A stretch of DNA of 64,000 bases, taken from IMG/VR virus record IMGVR_UViG_3300035184_001342. One strand, written 5' to 3'. A model generated the notes under the pieces. It worked only from the letters and a program-made list of their open reading frames with translations. It was not told the origin of the DNA and made no database searches. This DNA comes from an uncultured virus (IMG/VR IMGVR_UViG_3300035184_001342). Taxonomy: Duplodnaviria > Heunggongvirae > Uroviricota > Caudoviricetes. The first letter of the stretch is position 1. The number at the start of each line of letters is the position of its first letter. Both the position numbers and the translations under genes were made by a program. Shown piece by piece: positions 1-9,104 of the stretch.

Positions 1-1047
1 AAAGAAATTGAGTTTGTTATTGCACACGAAATTTTACACTGTGTATTTGATCACTTAGGTCGTAGAGGTGATAGAAATGCACTAATTTATAATATTGCCG
101 CTGACTACATTGTTAACAACTTGTTAATACGTGATCGTATTGGTCAACGTCCTAGACTAGTAGACTGTTACGCAGATACAAAATACGAAGGTTGGCAATC
201 AGAAGCAGTATATGATGACATATACGAAGTTGCTAAACAGAACGGACAAGACTTTTTAGATCAACTTGGTGAAATGCTAGACGTACACCTTGATGCAGAA
301 GGCGACAGTAGTGGCGATTCAGACGCCGGAGAAACAACTGACTCAAACGGTAACAAAGTAAGCAAGGCTAAGCCTAAGTATTCTAAAGAAGAAGCTCAAA
401 AGATTAAAGACGAAATTAAAGAAGGTATGTTGCAAGCAGCACAAGCCGCAGGTGCTGGTAATACTCCAGGCGAAGTGCAACGTATGATCAAAGAGCTTAC
501 AGAGCCTAAGATGAACTGGCGTGAAATTATTCAACAACAAATTCAGTCTACTGTAAAAAATGACTTTACATTTATGAAGCCTTCACGCAAAGGTTGGCAT
601 ACTGGTGCAATACTTCCAGGACAAAACTTCGATGAACAAATTGATTGTGTTGTCGGTATTGATATGAGTGGGTCAATTGGCAATAGCCAAGCAGCTGACT
701 TCTTAGGTGAAATACAAGGTATTATGGATCAGTTTAGAGATTACAATATTAAAGTATGGTGCTTTGATACACAGGTATATAACGAACACGACTTTAGTGC
801 AGAAAATGGCGACCGCTTAGAAGAGTATGAACTAATGGGCGGTGGTGGCACAGACTTTGATGCTAACTGGAGTTATATGAAAAACCAAGGCATTGAGCCT
901 AAGAAATTTATTATGTTTACAGACGGCTACCCATTTGGTAGTTGGGGTGATGCTGATTATTGTGATACAGTGTTTGTTATACATAGCAATCACGATAAGA
1001 ACTTAGAAGCACCTTTTGGAGTAACAACGCATTATGAATTTGCTTAA
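1..1047 (+). CDS. DUF2201-like putative metallopeptidase with C-terminal VWA domain (5'-truncated)
   Basis: Frame 1 is open from base 1 and reads KEIEFVIAHEILHCVFDH (HExxH at 25-39). The C-terminus has VWA/MIDAS-like motifs DMSGS, GGGGTDF and FTDGY. Confidence 0.85.
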   Translation, partial: KEIEFVIAHEILHCVFDHLGRRGDRNALIYNIAADYIVNNLLIRDRIGQRPRLVDCYADTKYEGWQSEAVYDDIYEVAKQNGQDFLDQLGEMLDVHLDAEGDSSGDSDAGETTDSNGNKVSKAKPKYSKEEAQKIKDEIKEGMLQAAQAAGAGNTPGEVQRMIKELTEPKMNWREIIQQQIQSTVKNDFTFMKPSRKGWHTGAILPGQNFDEQIDCVVGIDMSGSIGNSQAADFLGEIQGIMDQFRDYNIKVWCFDTQVYNEHDFSAENGDRLEEYELMGGGGTDFDANWSYMKNQGIEPKKFIMFTDGYPFGSWGDADYCDTVFVIHSNHDKNLEAPFGVTTHYEFA

Positions 1048-1318
1048 AGAACCAAATCCGCTAAACTTCTTTGAAGTTCGCGAAACTAAGGTTCTGCCGC
1101 CCCACTTTGAGACAATTAATCTAGATATGTCGATATATAACTTAGAAGATACTATTATTAAATGGATTAGAAATAATCTTAAAGGCAGGTTTTTTGTAAG
1201 ACGTGTTACTGGATTAACTGCTGATAATACATTTTCTCAAGTTATTAAAGTAGGTTTTGAACAACCTAAAGAACTTTCTTATTTCACTTTGGCGTGTCCA
1301 CATTTGAAATACAAGTAA
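1034..1318 (+). CDS. hypothetical phage protein
   Basis: 94 aa ORF overlapping the upstream stop, collinear with neighbours. Confidence 0.75.
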   Translation: MNLLKEPNPLNFFEVRETKVLPPHFETINLDMSIYNLEDTIIKWIRNNLKGRFFVRRVTGLTADNTFSQVIKVGFEQPKELSYFTLACPHLKYK

Positions 1319-1321
1319 ATA
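1316..1321 (+). promoter_or_regulatory. putative late-type promoter TAAATA
   Basis: TAAATA begins with the TAA stop of the upstream gene. An AGGAG RBS follows before the ATG at 1355. Confidence 0.5.
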
Positions 1322-1354
1322 ATAGTAGCACTTAATTAATAGGAGAAGTAAATT

Positions 1355-1618
1355 ATGGCTGACGATGCAAAAGCAAAGGTAGAAGAAACTACTGCAAAAA
1401 CTACAGAAGCACCTGCTCCTGCTGAACAACCGGCAGCAGAGCTTACTGTACAAGATCTACAAGCGTTGAAACAAATTATTGATGTATCAACACAACGTGG
1501 AGCATTTAAAGGAAATGAACTTATGTCCGTTGGACAAGTTTACAACAAATTAGAGGTATTCCTAAATAGCGTACAAGCGCAAGCGGCACCTCAAGGAGAA
1601 CAAACAAATGGCAATTAA
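1355..1618 (+). CDS. hypothetical phage protein
   Basis: 87 aa ORF with an AGGAG RBS. Confidence 0.8.
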   Translation: MADDAKAKVEETTAKTTEAPAPAEQPAAELTVQDLQALKQIIDVSTQRGAFKGNELMSVGQVYNKLEVFLNSVQAQAAPQGEQTNGN

Positions 1619-2255
1619 GCACGTAGGACGTATGATTAATAACAGACGCAAAGTCGTTGTAGCATACAGAGTAGTACCAAACGAACCAGAAAACTGTGTA
1701 GTAGTAACTACAGAGAACTTAGAAGCAGCAGATCACGATGCATTGATCAAGTCTGTTGAAAGCGATGCAGGTCAACAAGCAGATGAGTTTGCAGAAGTAA
1801 TGACTCGTACACGCTTATCCGATGGCAGAAATATGCTGGCAGCATTTCACACAACAGGTAAAATGGTTAAAGTTCCAAGTAAAGACGTTGAAATGACGCC
1901 TGATCTTCGTAATGTGATTAACCTTAGTGAACTGAATAACATTATTGCACAGCAAAAAGGTGTAACAGTAAATGACCTTGCATTGCAAGATCCTACTCCA
2001 AAAAGAACCGCGGCACAAGAAGTATCTGACAGACAAGTTGTTACTGAAGTCGTTGACTTTGATAAGCAACCTCAACCTACAACTACATCTGTACCACAAG
2101 CGGCTCCATTAACCGATGCAGACATAGCGGCACAATACAGAAGCGATGCAGATCGTTTAAGTAAAGAAGCAGCAGTACTGCGCAGACAAGCTGAAGATTT
2201 AGTTCCAACAAAGAAAAAAGTAGCTAAAAAGACCACAGCCAGTGGCCAGGAATAA
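1608..2255 (+). CDS. hypothetical phage protein
   Basis: 215 aa ORF with an AAGGAG RBS; overlaps the upstream gene. Confidence 0.85.
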   Translation: MAIKHVGRMINNRRKVVVAYRVVPNEPENCVVVTTENLEAADHDALIKSVESDAGQQADEFAEVMTRTRLSDGRNMLAAFHTTGKMVKVPSKDVEMTPDLRNVINLSELNNIIAQQKGVTVNDLALQDPTPKRTAAQEVSDRQVVTEVVDFDKQPQPTTTSVPQAAPLTDADIAAQYRSDADRLSKEAAVLRRQAEDLVPTKKKVAKKTTASGQE

Positions 2256-2547
2256 AAAACTTCCAGCTGACGTAATCAAACAATGGCCCGACGTTTTAAA
2301 GGACATTGACATTGATGTAGTACCTATTGAGTATTTAGAGTCAATTAGGGTTACGTTTAATGATGGTAAGGTTTGGGAAATAGACACTAAAAAGAACGCT
2401 GAAAAGATTAATATCGAGCAAGCTATGGAGTCTTTAATGGAAGAGTATGAGGACGTTATAAAGACCGTCGATTTTCGATTAGATACTGTAAGAGTTAAGC
2501 AAGATATTAAAAAGAGAACAGCACAATTTTTAAAAAAACGAAACTAG
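2242..2547 (+). CDS. hypothetical phage protein
   Basis: 101 aa ORF with a GTG start overlapping the upstream gene. Confidence 0.75.
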   Translation: MARNKKLPADVIKQWPDVLKDIDIDVVPIEYLESIRVTFNDGKVWEIDTKKNAEKINIEQAMESLMEEYEDVIKTVDFRLDTVRVKQDIKKRTAQFLKKRN

Positions 2548-2563
2548 GAAATCCGCAAGTGAT

Positions 2564-2571
2564 GATAAATA
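2564..2571 (+). promoter_or_regulatory. putative late-type promoter GATAAATA
   Basis: Intergenic GATAAATA upstream of the tail-fibre-like gene, resembling T4 late TATAAATA. An AGGAG RBS follows. Confidence 0.6.
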
Positions 2572-2606
2572 CTATAGCAAAGATTACTCCAGGAGTGAAA
2601 TAAAAT

Positions 2607-3827
2607 ATGGCATTACAAATTAGACGCGGTACTGACGCCGAAAGACAAAGTATTACGCCCAATGAAGGTGAACTTGTATTTGCAACAGATACAAATAAGC
2701 TCTATGTTGGCGGTAAGATTAGTCCAAGCGAGACCTTAGAAGTTGGAGGGATATTAGTTAAAGGTGCATTAGACACTGACACTTCCCCGCAATTATCAGC
2801 AAACTTAGACCTAAACGGCAACAACATTACAGGTACAGGCAACATTAATATTGCTGGTACTATTACTGCAACAGGTAATATTAATTTAGGAGACGGCGTT
2901 GAAGACAACGTTGTAGTTGGAGGACAAATTGCAAGTTCTTTAATTCCTGGATCACCGTCAGCGTTTGACTTAGGTGCACCTGCTGGTCAGTGGGCCAATC
3001 TTTATGTAGCTGGAGCAGCAGTTAGCGGAGAGTTAGTTACTGACTCAATAAGAATTACAGGCGATATCAAAGGTGGCGATAGTAGTGTTTTATATAATGC
3101 TAGTACTGATACATTAAGTGTAAGCGCAATTACCGCAGGTACTATTGACGCTGATATGACTGGAAGTGTTTTTGCAGACGATAGTACAGCACTTGTTGAT
3201 GCTATTAACAAAGAAGCATCTCTTAGAAGAATTTTTGGTACAACTGAAGACGTATTAAATGAATTAGATAATCCTTTAGAAATTGGTTCAGCTACTACTA
3301 ATTCAGGACTTAGAGTTTTTGCTGGCCCAAATAGAGCTTCATTACTTATTGAAAGTACTGTTACTGTATCAGATCCTGGTAACATTAAATTCTTTACATC
3401 ACGTGGTACAATTGAAAATCCAACAGCAATGAATGTAGGCGACCAATTAGGTGGCTTCCAATGTTTAGCACACGATGGATCAGACTTTGTTCCAATTGGT
3501 GGTGTTGCTATGTTTGTATCAGGAGCAGAATCAGACGGTGAACCACACGGTGGTGCAGGGTTTGTTATTCCGGTTCCGGGTACAGGGTTAACTCAATTCT
3601 GGGAAATGGCATTTGACGGTACAGGTACTCTTACTGTTCCTACTGCTGTTACTGCACCTAAGTTTACAGGTGACTTAAAAGGTAGCGTTGTAGCAGACGA
3701 TTCAACTGTGATCATTGATGGTGTAAGTGGAACTATTCCAGGATACGTAAGTTTAGTAACTTTAAAAGCAGAAGTGGCCGCAAGTGCCGACTTTGCAGCA
3801 TTTAAAGCTAGAGTCGCTTCACTTTAA
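2607..3827 (+). CDS. tail-fibre-like virion protein with Mtd_N/hyaluronidase-like N-terminal domain
   Basis: N-terminus MALQIRRGT...EGELVFATDTNKLYVG is typical of phage fibre anchor domains. The body is G/T/S-rich with repeated GSVxADDST. Confidence 0.75.
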   Translation: MALQIRRGTDAERQSITPNEGELVFATDTNKLYVGGKISPSETLEVGGILVKGALDTDTSPQLSANLDLNGNNITGTGNINIAGTITATGNINLGDGVEDNVVVGGQIASSLIPGSPSAFDLGAPAGQWANLYVAGAAVSGELVTDSIRITGDIKGGDSSVLYNASTDTLSVSAITAGTIDADMTGSVFADDSTALVDAINKEASLRRIFGTTEDVLNELDNPLEIGSATTNSGLRVFAGPNRASLLIESTVTVSDPGNIKFFTSRGTIENPTAMNVGDQLGGFQCLAHDGSDFVPIGGVAMFVSGAESDGEPHGGAGFVIPVPGTGLTQFWEMAFDGTGTLTVPTAVTAPKFTGDLKGSVVADDSTVIIDGVSGTIPGYVSLVTLKAEVAASADFAAFKARVASL

Positions 3828-5423
3828 TCTTAACATATTAATTAACGGTTTAAAATAGTCATTGGTTACATCAGTTAACCAAAGCTGTTCTCTATCGATA
3901 CTATCTACTAAATCCGTATACTCTTGATCACTCATTTTTAATGTTATATCTCTATTAGAAAGAACAGGATGTGATAAACTAGCTAAATTAAGATCACCTT
4001 TATCTATTTTATTCTGCATATTATTTTGTGCTATATTTGATACTTCTTCAGCTTTTTGAAGAGTGTTTATATCAGTTTCGTCATCTTTTGTCCATTCCCA
4101 AAAAACATCTGGATTTGGTATTTCATAACCGTACATCTGAGAATTTTTATCAAACTCACTCTGATATGTATACTTCATTATATCGTTATTTGCTTGTGCA
4201 ATTTGCAAGGGAAATATCCATTTAGTATCAATAGGACAGTCTTCTCTTTCTAACCATTTAGCAGTTTCAAATACAGATGCACTGTCTTCAAATGGTAACC
4301 CAACCATAAAGCCTGCTTGAATATGTACATTATCGCCCCAAACACGTTTACATTCAAATAGAGTTTCTTTAAGTTTTTTAGGATCTGCACCTTTGCCTAC
4401 TGCCTTTCCGGCTGCGTGATTAAATGTTTCAATGCCAAAGTAACAAGACGACATACCAGACTCTAATAACATAGGTATAGTTTTAGGCTTTGCCATAAGT
4501 AAATCTAGTCGCAAGTAACACCAATAGGTAATTTTAAAAGGAAGACTCCTAGTTATTTCTAAGAAGTACTCCATTTTTTCTACACTATCATTAAATGTAT
4601 CGTCAATAATAAAGTATCTAGTTGCGCCAAAGTTTTCGTAATTATACATTAGTTCTTGTCTAAGTACGTCTGACTTTTTAAGATAGCTAGAAATATTTTT
4701 CATACCAATGAGAGGATAAGAACAATATTTGCATTTAAATCGACAACCTCTTGCTACTTCTAACGCCAATGGTTCTTGTGCCTTTATAAAATCAAACTCA
4801 GTATATGTTGTTTTGCTAACAGTATAATCCCATACAGGTGCTTGTGCTTTTTGATCGTGATCAATCATCTTATTAAAAATTCTGCGAGGGCCTTTGCCGC
4901 TGATACTATGTAAAAAATCAATTACCATTGTTTCGGAATATCCAACAAATATATGATCAATCATTTTCATATCAGTGTACATACCAATCTTTGAACCACC
5001 CAATGTTAATTTAACCTTAGGGTTAATTTGTTTAATAAGATCAAAATATGGCTCAGGAGTGTTATCAGTAAGTGCAGTTGTTAGTTTTTGTGCAAAAATA
5101 CTATCGGCACTATTACGAGTTATGTCAAGTTCTTCTGTATGTGTACTGCTTGGATCGTGCAATCTTGTTTCATTAGAGTCTATATTTAATAGCGTAAATC
5201 GATAAGGCATCCAAGTACTGGAAAAACCTACCATAAGAGTTTCTTCTCCTACTGCATTTTCCATTATAGCTGTATAATTTTCAAGGTCTAATGCTGACAT
5301 AAAGTCTACTACTAAACAAGTATATCCGTGTTCGCGAATATGTGAAGCTAATCTATGAGCACCATATCCTCTAGTCTTTGAAAATGCTTCAGGTGTGTCA
5401 GCGAATAATATTACGTTAAACAC
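3819..5423 (-). CDS. B12-binding-like (class B-type) radical SAM protein
   Basis: RGCRFKCKYC, DDTFND, YFGIETF and FMVGLPFE motifs. The N-terminus (GYGAHRLASHIREHGY..VVDF..MVGFS..LGG..GYSE) resembles a cobalamin-binding domain. Confidence 0.85.
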   Translation of the reverse strand: MFNVILFADTPEAFSKTRGYGAHRLASHIREHGYTCLVVDFMSALDLENYTAIMENAVGEETLMVGFSSTWMPYRFTLLNIDSNETRLHDPSSTHTEELDITRNSADSIFAQKLTTALTDNTPEPYFDLIKQINPKVKLTLGGSKIGMYTDMKMIDHIFVGYSETMVIDFLHSISGKGPRRIFNKMIDHDQKAQAPVWDYTVSKTTYTEFDFIKAQEPLALEVARGCRFKCKYCSYPLIGMKNISSYLKKSDVLRQELMYNYENFGATRYFIIDDTFNDSVEKMEYFLEITRSLPFKITYWCYLRLDLLMAKPKTIPMLLESGMSSCYFGIETFNHAAGKAVGKGADPKKLKETLFECKRVWGDNVHIQAGFMVGLPFEDSASVFETAKWLEREDCPIDTKWIFPLQIAQANNDIMKYTYQSEFDKNSQMYGYEIPNPDVFWEWTKDDETDINTLQKAEEVSNIAQNNMQNKIDKGDLNLASLSHPVLSNRDITLKMSDQEYTDLVDSIDREQLWLTDVTNDYFKPLINMLRLK

Positions 5424-7038
5424 TTTTGTTTTCTTTTAATTTACTAATTAGTTTAGAAAAATAATCTTCATTAACAGTATTATAATACAGTTCGTCAAAA
5501 TCAATTGTACTAATAAGATTAGAATATTCATCTGGCGTCATATCTAATGTGCGTTCTCTATCACATAATCTTTGATCATTAAAAGAACTTACATAAAAGT
5601 CTCCTCTGCGAGTTCTTTGATATGGTGCTAATTCTATAGTTGACGCTTCTGCCATTTCTGCTGCGACCCCAAAGTTTGAAATATCAGTATCATCGTTCTT
5701 TTCCCAATATATCATACTTTCTAATGATCCATCATCTAATGGAAAGTCATATCCAAATTGTTCATAATTATTATCAAACCAACTTGTAGGAAACCATTTA
5801 TTACGTTCTGATTTCTTAGCAATGTTCAACGGGTAACAAGTTGATATATCTAACGGACAGTCGTCACGCTGTAACCAATCAACAGTGTCTCTCCAAGACT
5901 GTTTTGTTTCGTGAGGTAAGCCAATCATAAAGCCACCTTCCATACAAACTCTATCTCCCCATATCTCTTTTGCTTTGTAAAGTGTATCTTTACGCCTACT
6001 AGCTGCCATACCTTTACCAATAGTTCTAGAACTTTTATCATTAAATGTTTCTAATCCAAAGAACGTTTCGGCAACGCCTAGCTCTTTCATAAGTTCTATT
6101 TGTTCAGGCTTAGCCGCTAACAAGTCGATCCTAGTGTAACACCAAAACTTAATATCAAAAGGTAAGTCACTCATTACTTTACACATCATTTCTAATTTTT
6201 GTGTACTGTCATTAAATGTATCATCAACTATAAAGTATTTTGTTGTCCCCCATTGCTCATAATTTTTTTGTAATTCATCTTTAATGTTTTCTGAGTACTT
6301 TAGATAATCATTAATATTCTTTTGTCCAATTAACGGAAAATTACAAAACGCACATTTAAATCGACAACCTCTACCTACTTCTAAGTTAAGTGTTTCTTGT
6401 GGTTGTATAAAGTCTAGCTTAGTATAATTTGTTTGACTTTCTCTAAAGTCCCAGCTGGGATTATGTGCTTTTCTGTCATAGTCAATCATTGTATTAAAAA
6501 TTCTACGAGGACCTTTGCCACTTAGTGCATCAAGATAATCTATGGTCATAGTTTCAGCTATACCAAATATAAAATTATCTACGTTTGGTAAGTCCATATA
6601 AAAATCTGTTTTTGCTCCGCCTAGTACAATTTTAAGTTTAGGGTTAACTTGTTTAGGATATAATAGCCATTCATCAATTTGACCTTTGCCAAACTGTGCA
6701 ATCATATTTTCATTTTTCCATTGATGTTTTTCTTCTTTTTCACTATTGAACTTATTGTCTTCACCAATTTCGTGTCCTGGTATTTCATTAGAATAGTTAT
6801 CAACTCCAGGTAACCTATATGGCAACCACGTTGTAGAATATCCTACCATTAAAGTTTCTGGCCCAACAGATAGCTCTATTAGCTCTTTATACTTTTCAAA
6901 TGTTAATGCAGAACTAAAATCAACAACCAAGCAACTATAGCCTGCTTTGCGAATTTCGGAGCCAATACGGTGTACGCCGTAGCCACGAATGCGGTGATGG
7001 GGGTATGGTGCATCGGTAAATAATATGACTTGGAACAT
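5416..7038 (-). CDS. B12-binding-like radical SAM protein (paralog of 3819-5423)
   Basis: RGCRFKCAFC, DDTFNDS and FMIGLPHE motifs. Start placed at 7038 (MFQVILFTD) to match the paralog start MFNVILFAD. Confidence 0.85.
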   Translation of the reverse strand: MFQVILFTDAPYPHHRIRGYGVHRIGSEIRKAGYSCLVVDFSSALTFEKYKELIELSVGPETLMVGYSTTWLPYRLPGVDNYSNEIPGHEIGEDNKFNSEKEEKHQWKNENMIAQFGKGQIDEWLLYPKQVNPKLKIVLGGAKTDFYMDLPNVDNFIFGIAETMTIDYLDALSGKGPRRIFNTMIDYDRKAHNPSWDFRESQTNYTKLDFIQPQETLNLEVGRGCRFKCAFCNFPLIGQKNINDYLKYSENIKDELQKNYEQWGTTKYFIVDDTFNDSTQKLEMMCKVMSDLPFDIKFWCYTRIDLLAAKPEQIELMKELGVAETFFGLETFNDKSSRTIGKGMAASRRKDTLYKAKEIWGDRVCMEGGFMIGLPHETKQSWRDTVDWLQRDDCPLDISTCYPLNIAKKSERNKWFPTSWFDNNYEQFGYDFPLDDGSLESMIYWEKNDDTDISNFGVAAEMAEASTIELAPYQRTRRGDFYVSSFNDQRLCDRERTLDMTPDEYSNLISTIDFDELYYNTVNEDYFSKLISKLKENKSV

Positions 7039-7043
7039 AGTGT

Positions 7044-7049
7044 TATTTA
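7044..7049 (-). promoter_or_regulatory. putative late-type promoter TAAATA, leaderless
   Basis: Minus strand reads TAAATA-acact-ATG(7038). Confidence 0.6.
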
Positions 7050-7721
7050 ATGAAACAATATAAAACAGTACTTGCTTTTGGCGACAGTCACACTGCCGGA
7101 TGTGAACTAGCATCCGTCAATACTCTTGAAGAATATCTTCAAGGCACTGTAACCCTAGAACAAGCAGATGACCCTGGAAAGAAACTAGCATACCCGCAAA
7201 AACTTGCAGACTTGTTAGGCATTCCTTGTGAAAATTATGCTTTGACCGGAGGAAGTAATGAACGAAGTTTAAGGAAGTTAATTGAAAATATACAAGACGA
7301 TTGTATTGTATTATTTGGTTATACTAGTCCTGATAGACGAGAGTTCTTTTATCCAGACGAAGGATTATTTCTAGGAAGAGATAACGATAACTATATTCAA
7401 ACAGGCGTTCAATGGACAGGTATGATTGACATTGCTACAAAAAGTAGCCCAATGACTCATCCTATTAACAACGAATACTTAAATATAGTTAGGCACAAGG
7501 ATAATATAGATGCCGTGCAAAATTTTGTTTCAGCAATTTGCACTGCACATAATTGTAAGGTTATGGATATTGCACTATGTGAAACACAAAATCCAATGTT
7601 TAATTACTTGGATTGGTGTCGAAGTGAAAACTATAAACAACTACCGTACTTGCACTATGAAGAGCAAGCACATAACAGACTGGCAGAAAAACTATGGCTA
7701 ACTATTGGGGATATCACCTAG
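7050..7721 (+). CDS. SGNH/GDSL-like hydrolase or acyltransferase
   Basis: AFGDSHTAG block I, GGSN block II and a C-terminal His (LHY..AH). Confidence 0.7.
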   Translation: MKQYKTVLAFGDSHTAGCELASVNTLEEYLQGTVTLEQADDPGKKLAYPQKLADLLGIPCENYALTGGSNERSLRKLIENIQDDCIVLFGYTSPDRREFFYPDEGLFLGRDNDNYIQTGVQWTGMIDIATKSSPMTHPINNEYLNIVRHKDNIDAVQNFVSAICTAHNCKVMDIALCETQNPMFNYLDWCRSENYKQLPYLHYEEQAHNRLAEKLWLTIGDIT

Positions 7722-8050
7722 TACTAGATTGTACAGGGTGTACGAATATTACTAACAAAGAACACATTGAAAAATTTGTGGAAGACACTATTGATTCTAT
7801 AGGTATGATTGCACACGGCAAACCTCAGATTGAATACTTACTTCCTGATACTGATAATGAAGGTTACAGTGTTTTACAGATGATTACTACTAGTAATCTA
7901 ACTGCACACTTTGTAACAAAGGCAGATTCAGCGTATATAGATGTGTTTAGTTGTCAAAATTTTGACCCTGCAATTGCTATTGACAAGGTTAAAGAGTATT
8001 TTAGTCCAACTAAAATTAATGATCGCTTCTTATTGCGAGGCGAGATTTAA
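7694..8050 (+). CDS. speD: pyruvoyl-dependent S-adenosylmethionine decarboxylase-like proenzyme
   Basis: GYHLVLDC, GYSVLQMITTSNLTAH and YIDVFSC match the class 1b AdoMetDC pattern. Confidence 0.8.
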   Translation: MANYWGYHLVLDCTGCTNITNKEHIEKFVEDTIDSIGMIAHGKPQIEYLLPDTDNEGYSVLQMITTSNLTAHFVTKADSAYIDVFSCQNFDPAIAIDKVKEYFSPTKINDRFLLRGEI

Positions 8051-9104
8051 AAGTATATTCTTCAGGAACAGTATCTAACAAAAACATCTTTTCATTAATT
8101 GCGTGATCACGTAACATTACTTGATGCAATAAGTTAGTTACTGGCTTTCCTGGAACAAAGTCACACCAAGGGCCACATTTTAATTCTTGTAGATCAATAG
8201 TCTTAGGATCACTCCATTGAATGATTCTATGTGTGATGCCATTAATTTTAACCATATAGTGATATAAGTTATCATCGCCTGGAATCTTTTCCCATTCCCA
8301 ACCATTAGCGTCTACTAGAGCTTTAACTTCTTTTACATTTTCACTAAGGAACACTTTAGGTTCATCAGGGTTGCGGCCAATGTCGCTGCCTGCTCTAATA
8401 CGATACTGCATTGCACTATCACCAAACTCCTGTATCTCATTAAGTACAAACGGTAATTGGTCGTAATCCTCAATAGTGTATCCAATATAATATATAGGTA
8501 ATCCTACTTCTACACAATTAGCAATACCTTGTAATTGTTTCCTATGTACTGTTTCACCTTGGTAGGAAGGGTGGTTTAAACCTATCATAACTGCGCTACA
8601 GCCGGCGTCTTTTATTCTTTGTGTCCACGCTTTATCACTTAGCTTAACGCCGTTTGTAAGTATGGTTACGTCTTGATGTGTGCGTTCTGTAGTAGCTTGC
8701 CAGTCTGTAATAGTTGTAATAAGTTCGGGCAAGTCTTTTCTAATAGTAGGTTCTGCTCCTGCTAAAATAACACCGCCTGCACTTTGTGGCCAGCTTTTTA
8801 ACTTGTTCATTAAAAATGATATAGGCACATCAGTAGTTTTATTTTCTGGTTCGTGATAACAGTGTGGACAATTTAGGTTACAACGGTCTGTAACTTCAAT
8901 CATAATACTATTAGGAATGTCATATGCGTGAACATCATAATCTAAGCTATGATAAAAGTTTGCATTGCTTTCAATCATATATTCAGATACTCCGTGTTCA
9001 GGACAATCCTTAGACATCCATATAGATCCGTCGCGTTCAAAGGTCTGTGCTTCTACGTGTTTATAACAATGTTCGCATAGACTGTGTGTTTGTTTTATGT
9101 CCAT
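8016..9104 (-). CDS. radical SAM protein with N-terminal rubredoxin-like CxxC..CPEHG domain (Tes/MJ0619-like)
   Basis: THSLCEHC...KDCPEHG, IEVTDRCNLNCPHC, AGAEPTIRKDLPELI and TNGVKL motifs. Confidence 0.8.
   Translation of the reverse strand: MDIKQTHSLCEHCYKHVEAQTFERDGSIWMSKDCPEHGVSEYMIESNANFYHSLDYDVHAYDIPNSIMIEVTDRCNLNCPHCYHEPENKTTDVPISFLMNKLKSWPQSAGGVILAGAEPTIRKDLPELITTITDWQATTERTHQDVTILTNGVKLSDKAWTQRIKDAGCSAVMIGLNHPSYQGETVHRKQLQGIANCVEVGLPIYYIGYTIEDYDQLPFVLNEIQEFGDSAMQYRIRAGSDIGRNPDEPKVFLSENVKEVKALVDANGWEWEKIPGDDNLYHYMVKINGITHRIIQWSDPKTIDLQELKCGPWCDFVPGKPVTNLLHQVMLRDHAINEKMFLLDTVPEEYTFKSRLAIRSDH

Noticed and set aside
2607..3827. Diversity-generating retroelement suggested by the Mtd_N-like domain
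   Set aside because: No reverse transcriptase, template/variable repeat pair or C-type lectin C-terminus is visible.
7039..7113. Longer N-terminal extensions in the ORF track (7113, 16405, 17383, 21926, 23035, 28493, 35656, 37453)
   Set aside because: They overlap neighbouring genes deeply. Shorter starts fit paralog alignment, ATGA/GTGA coupling or the promoter motif.
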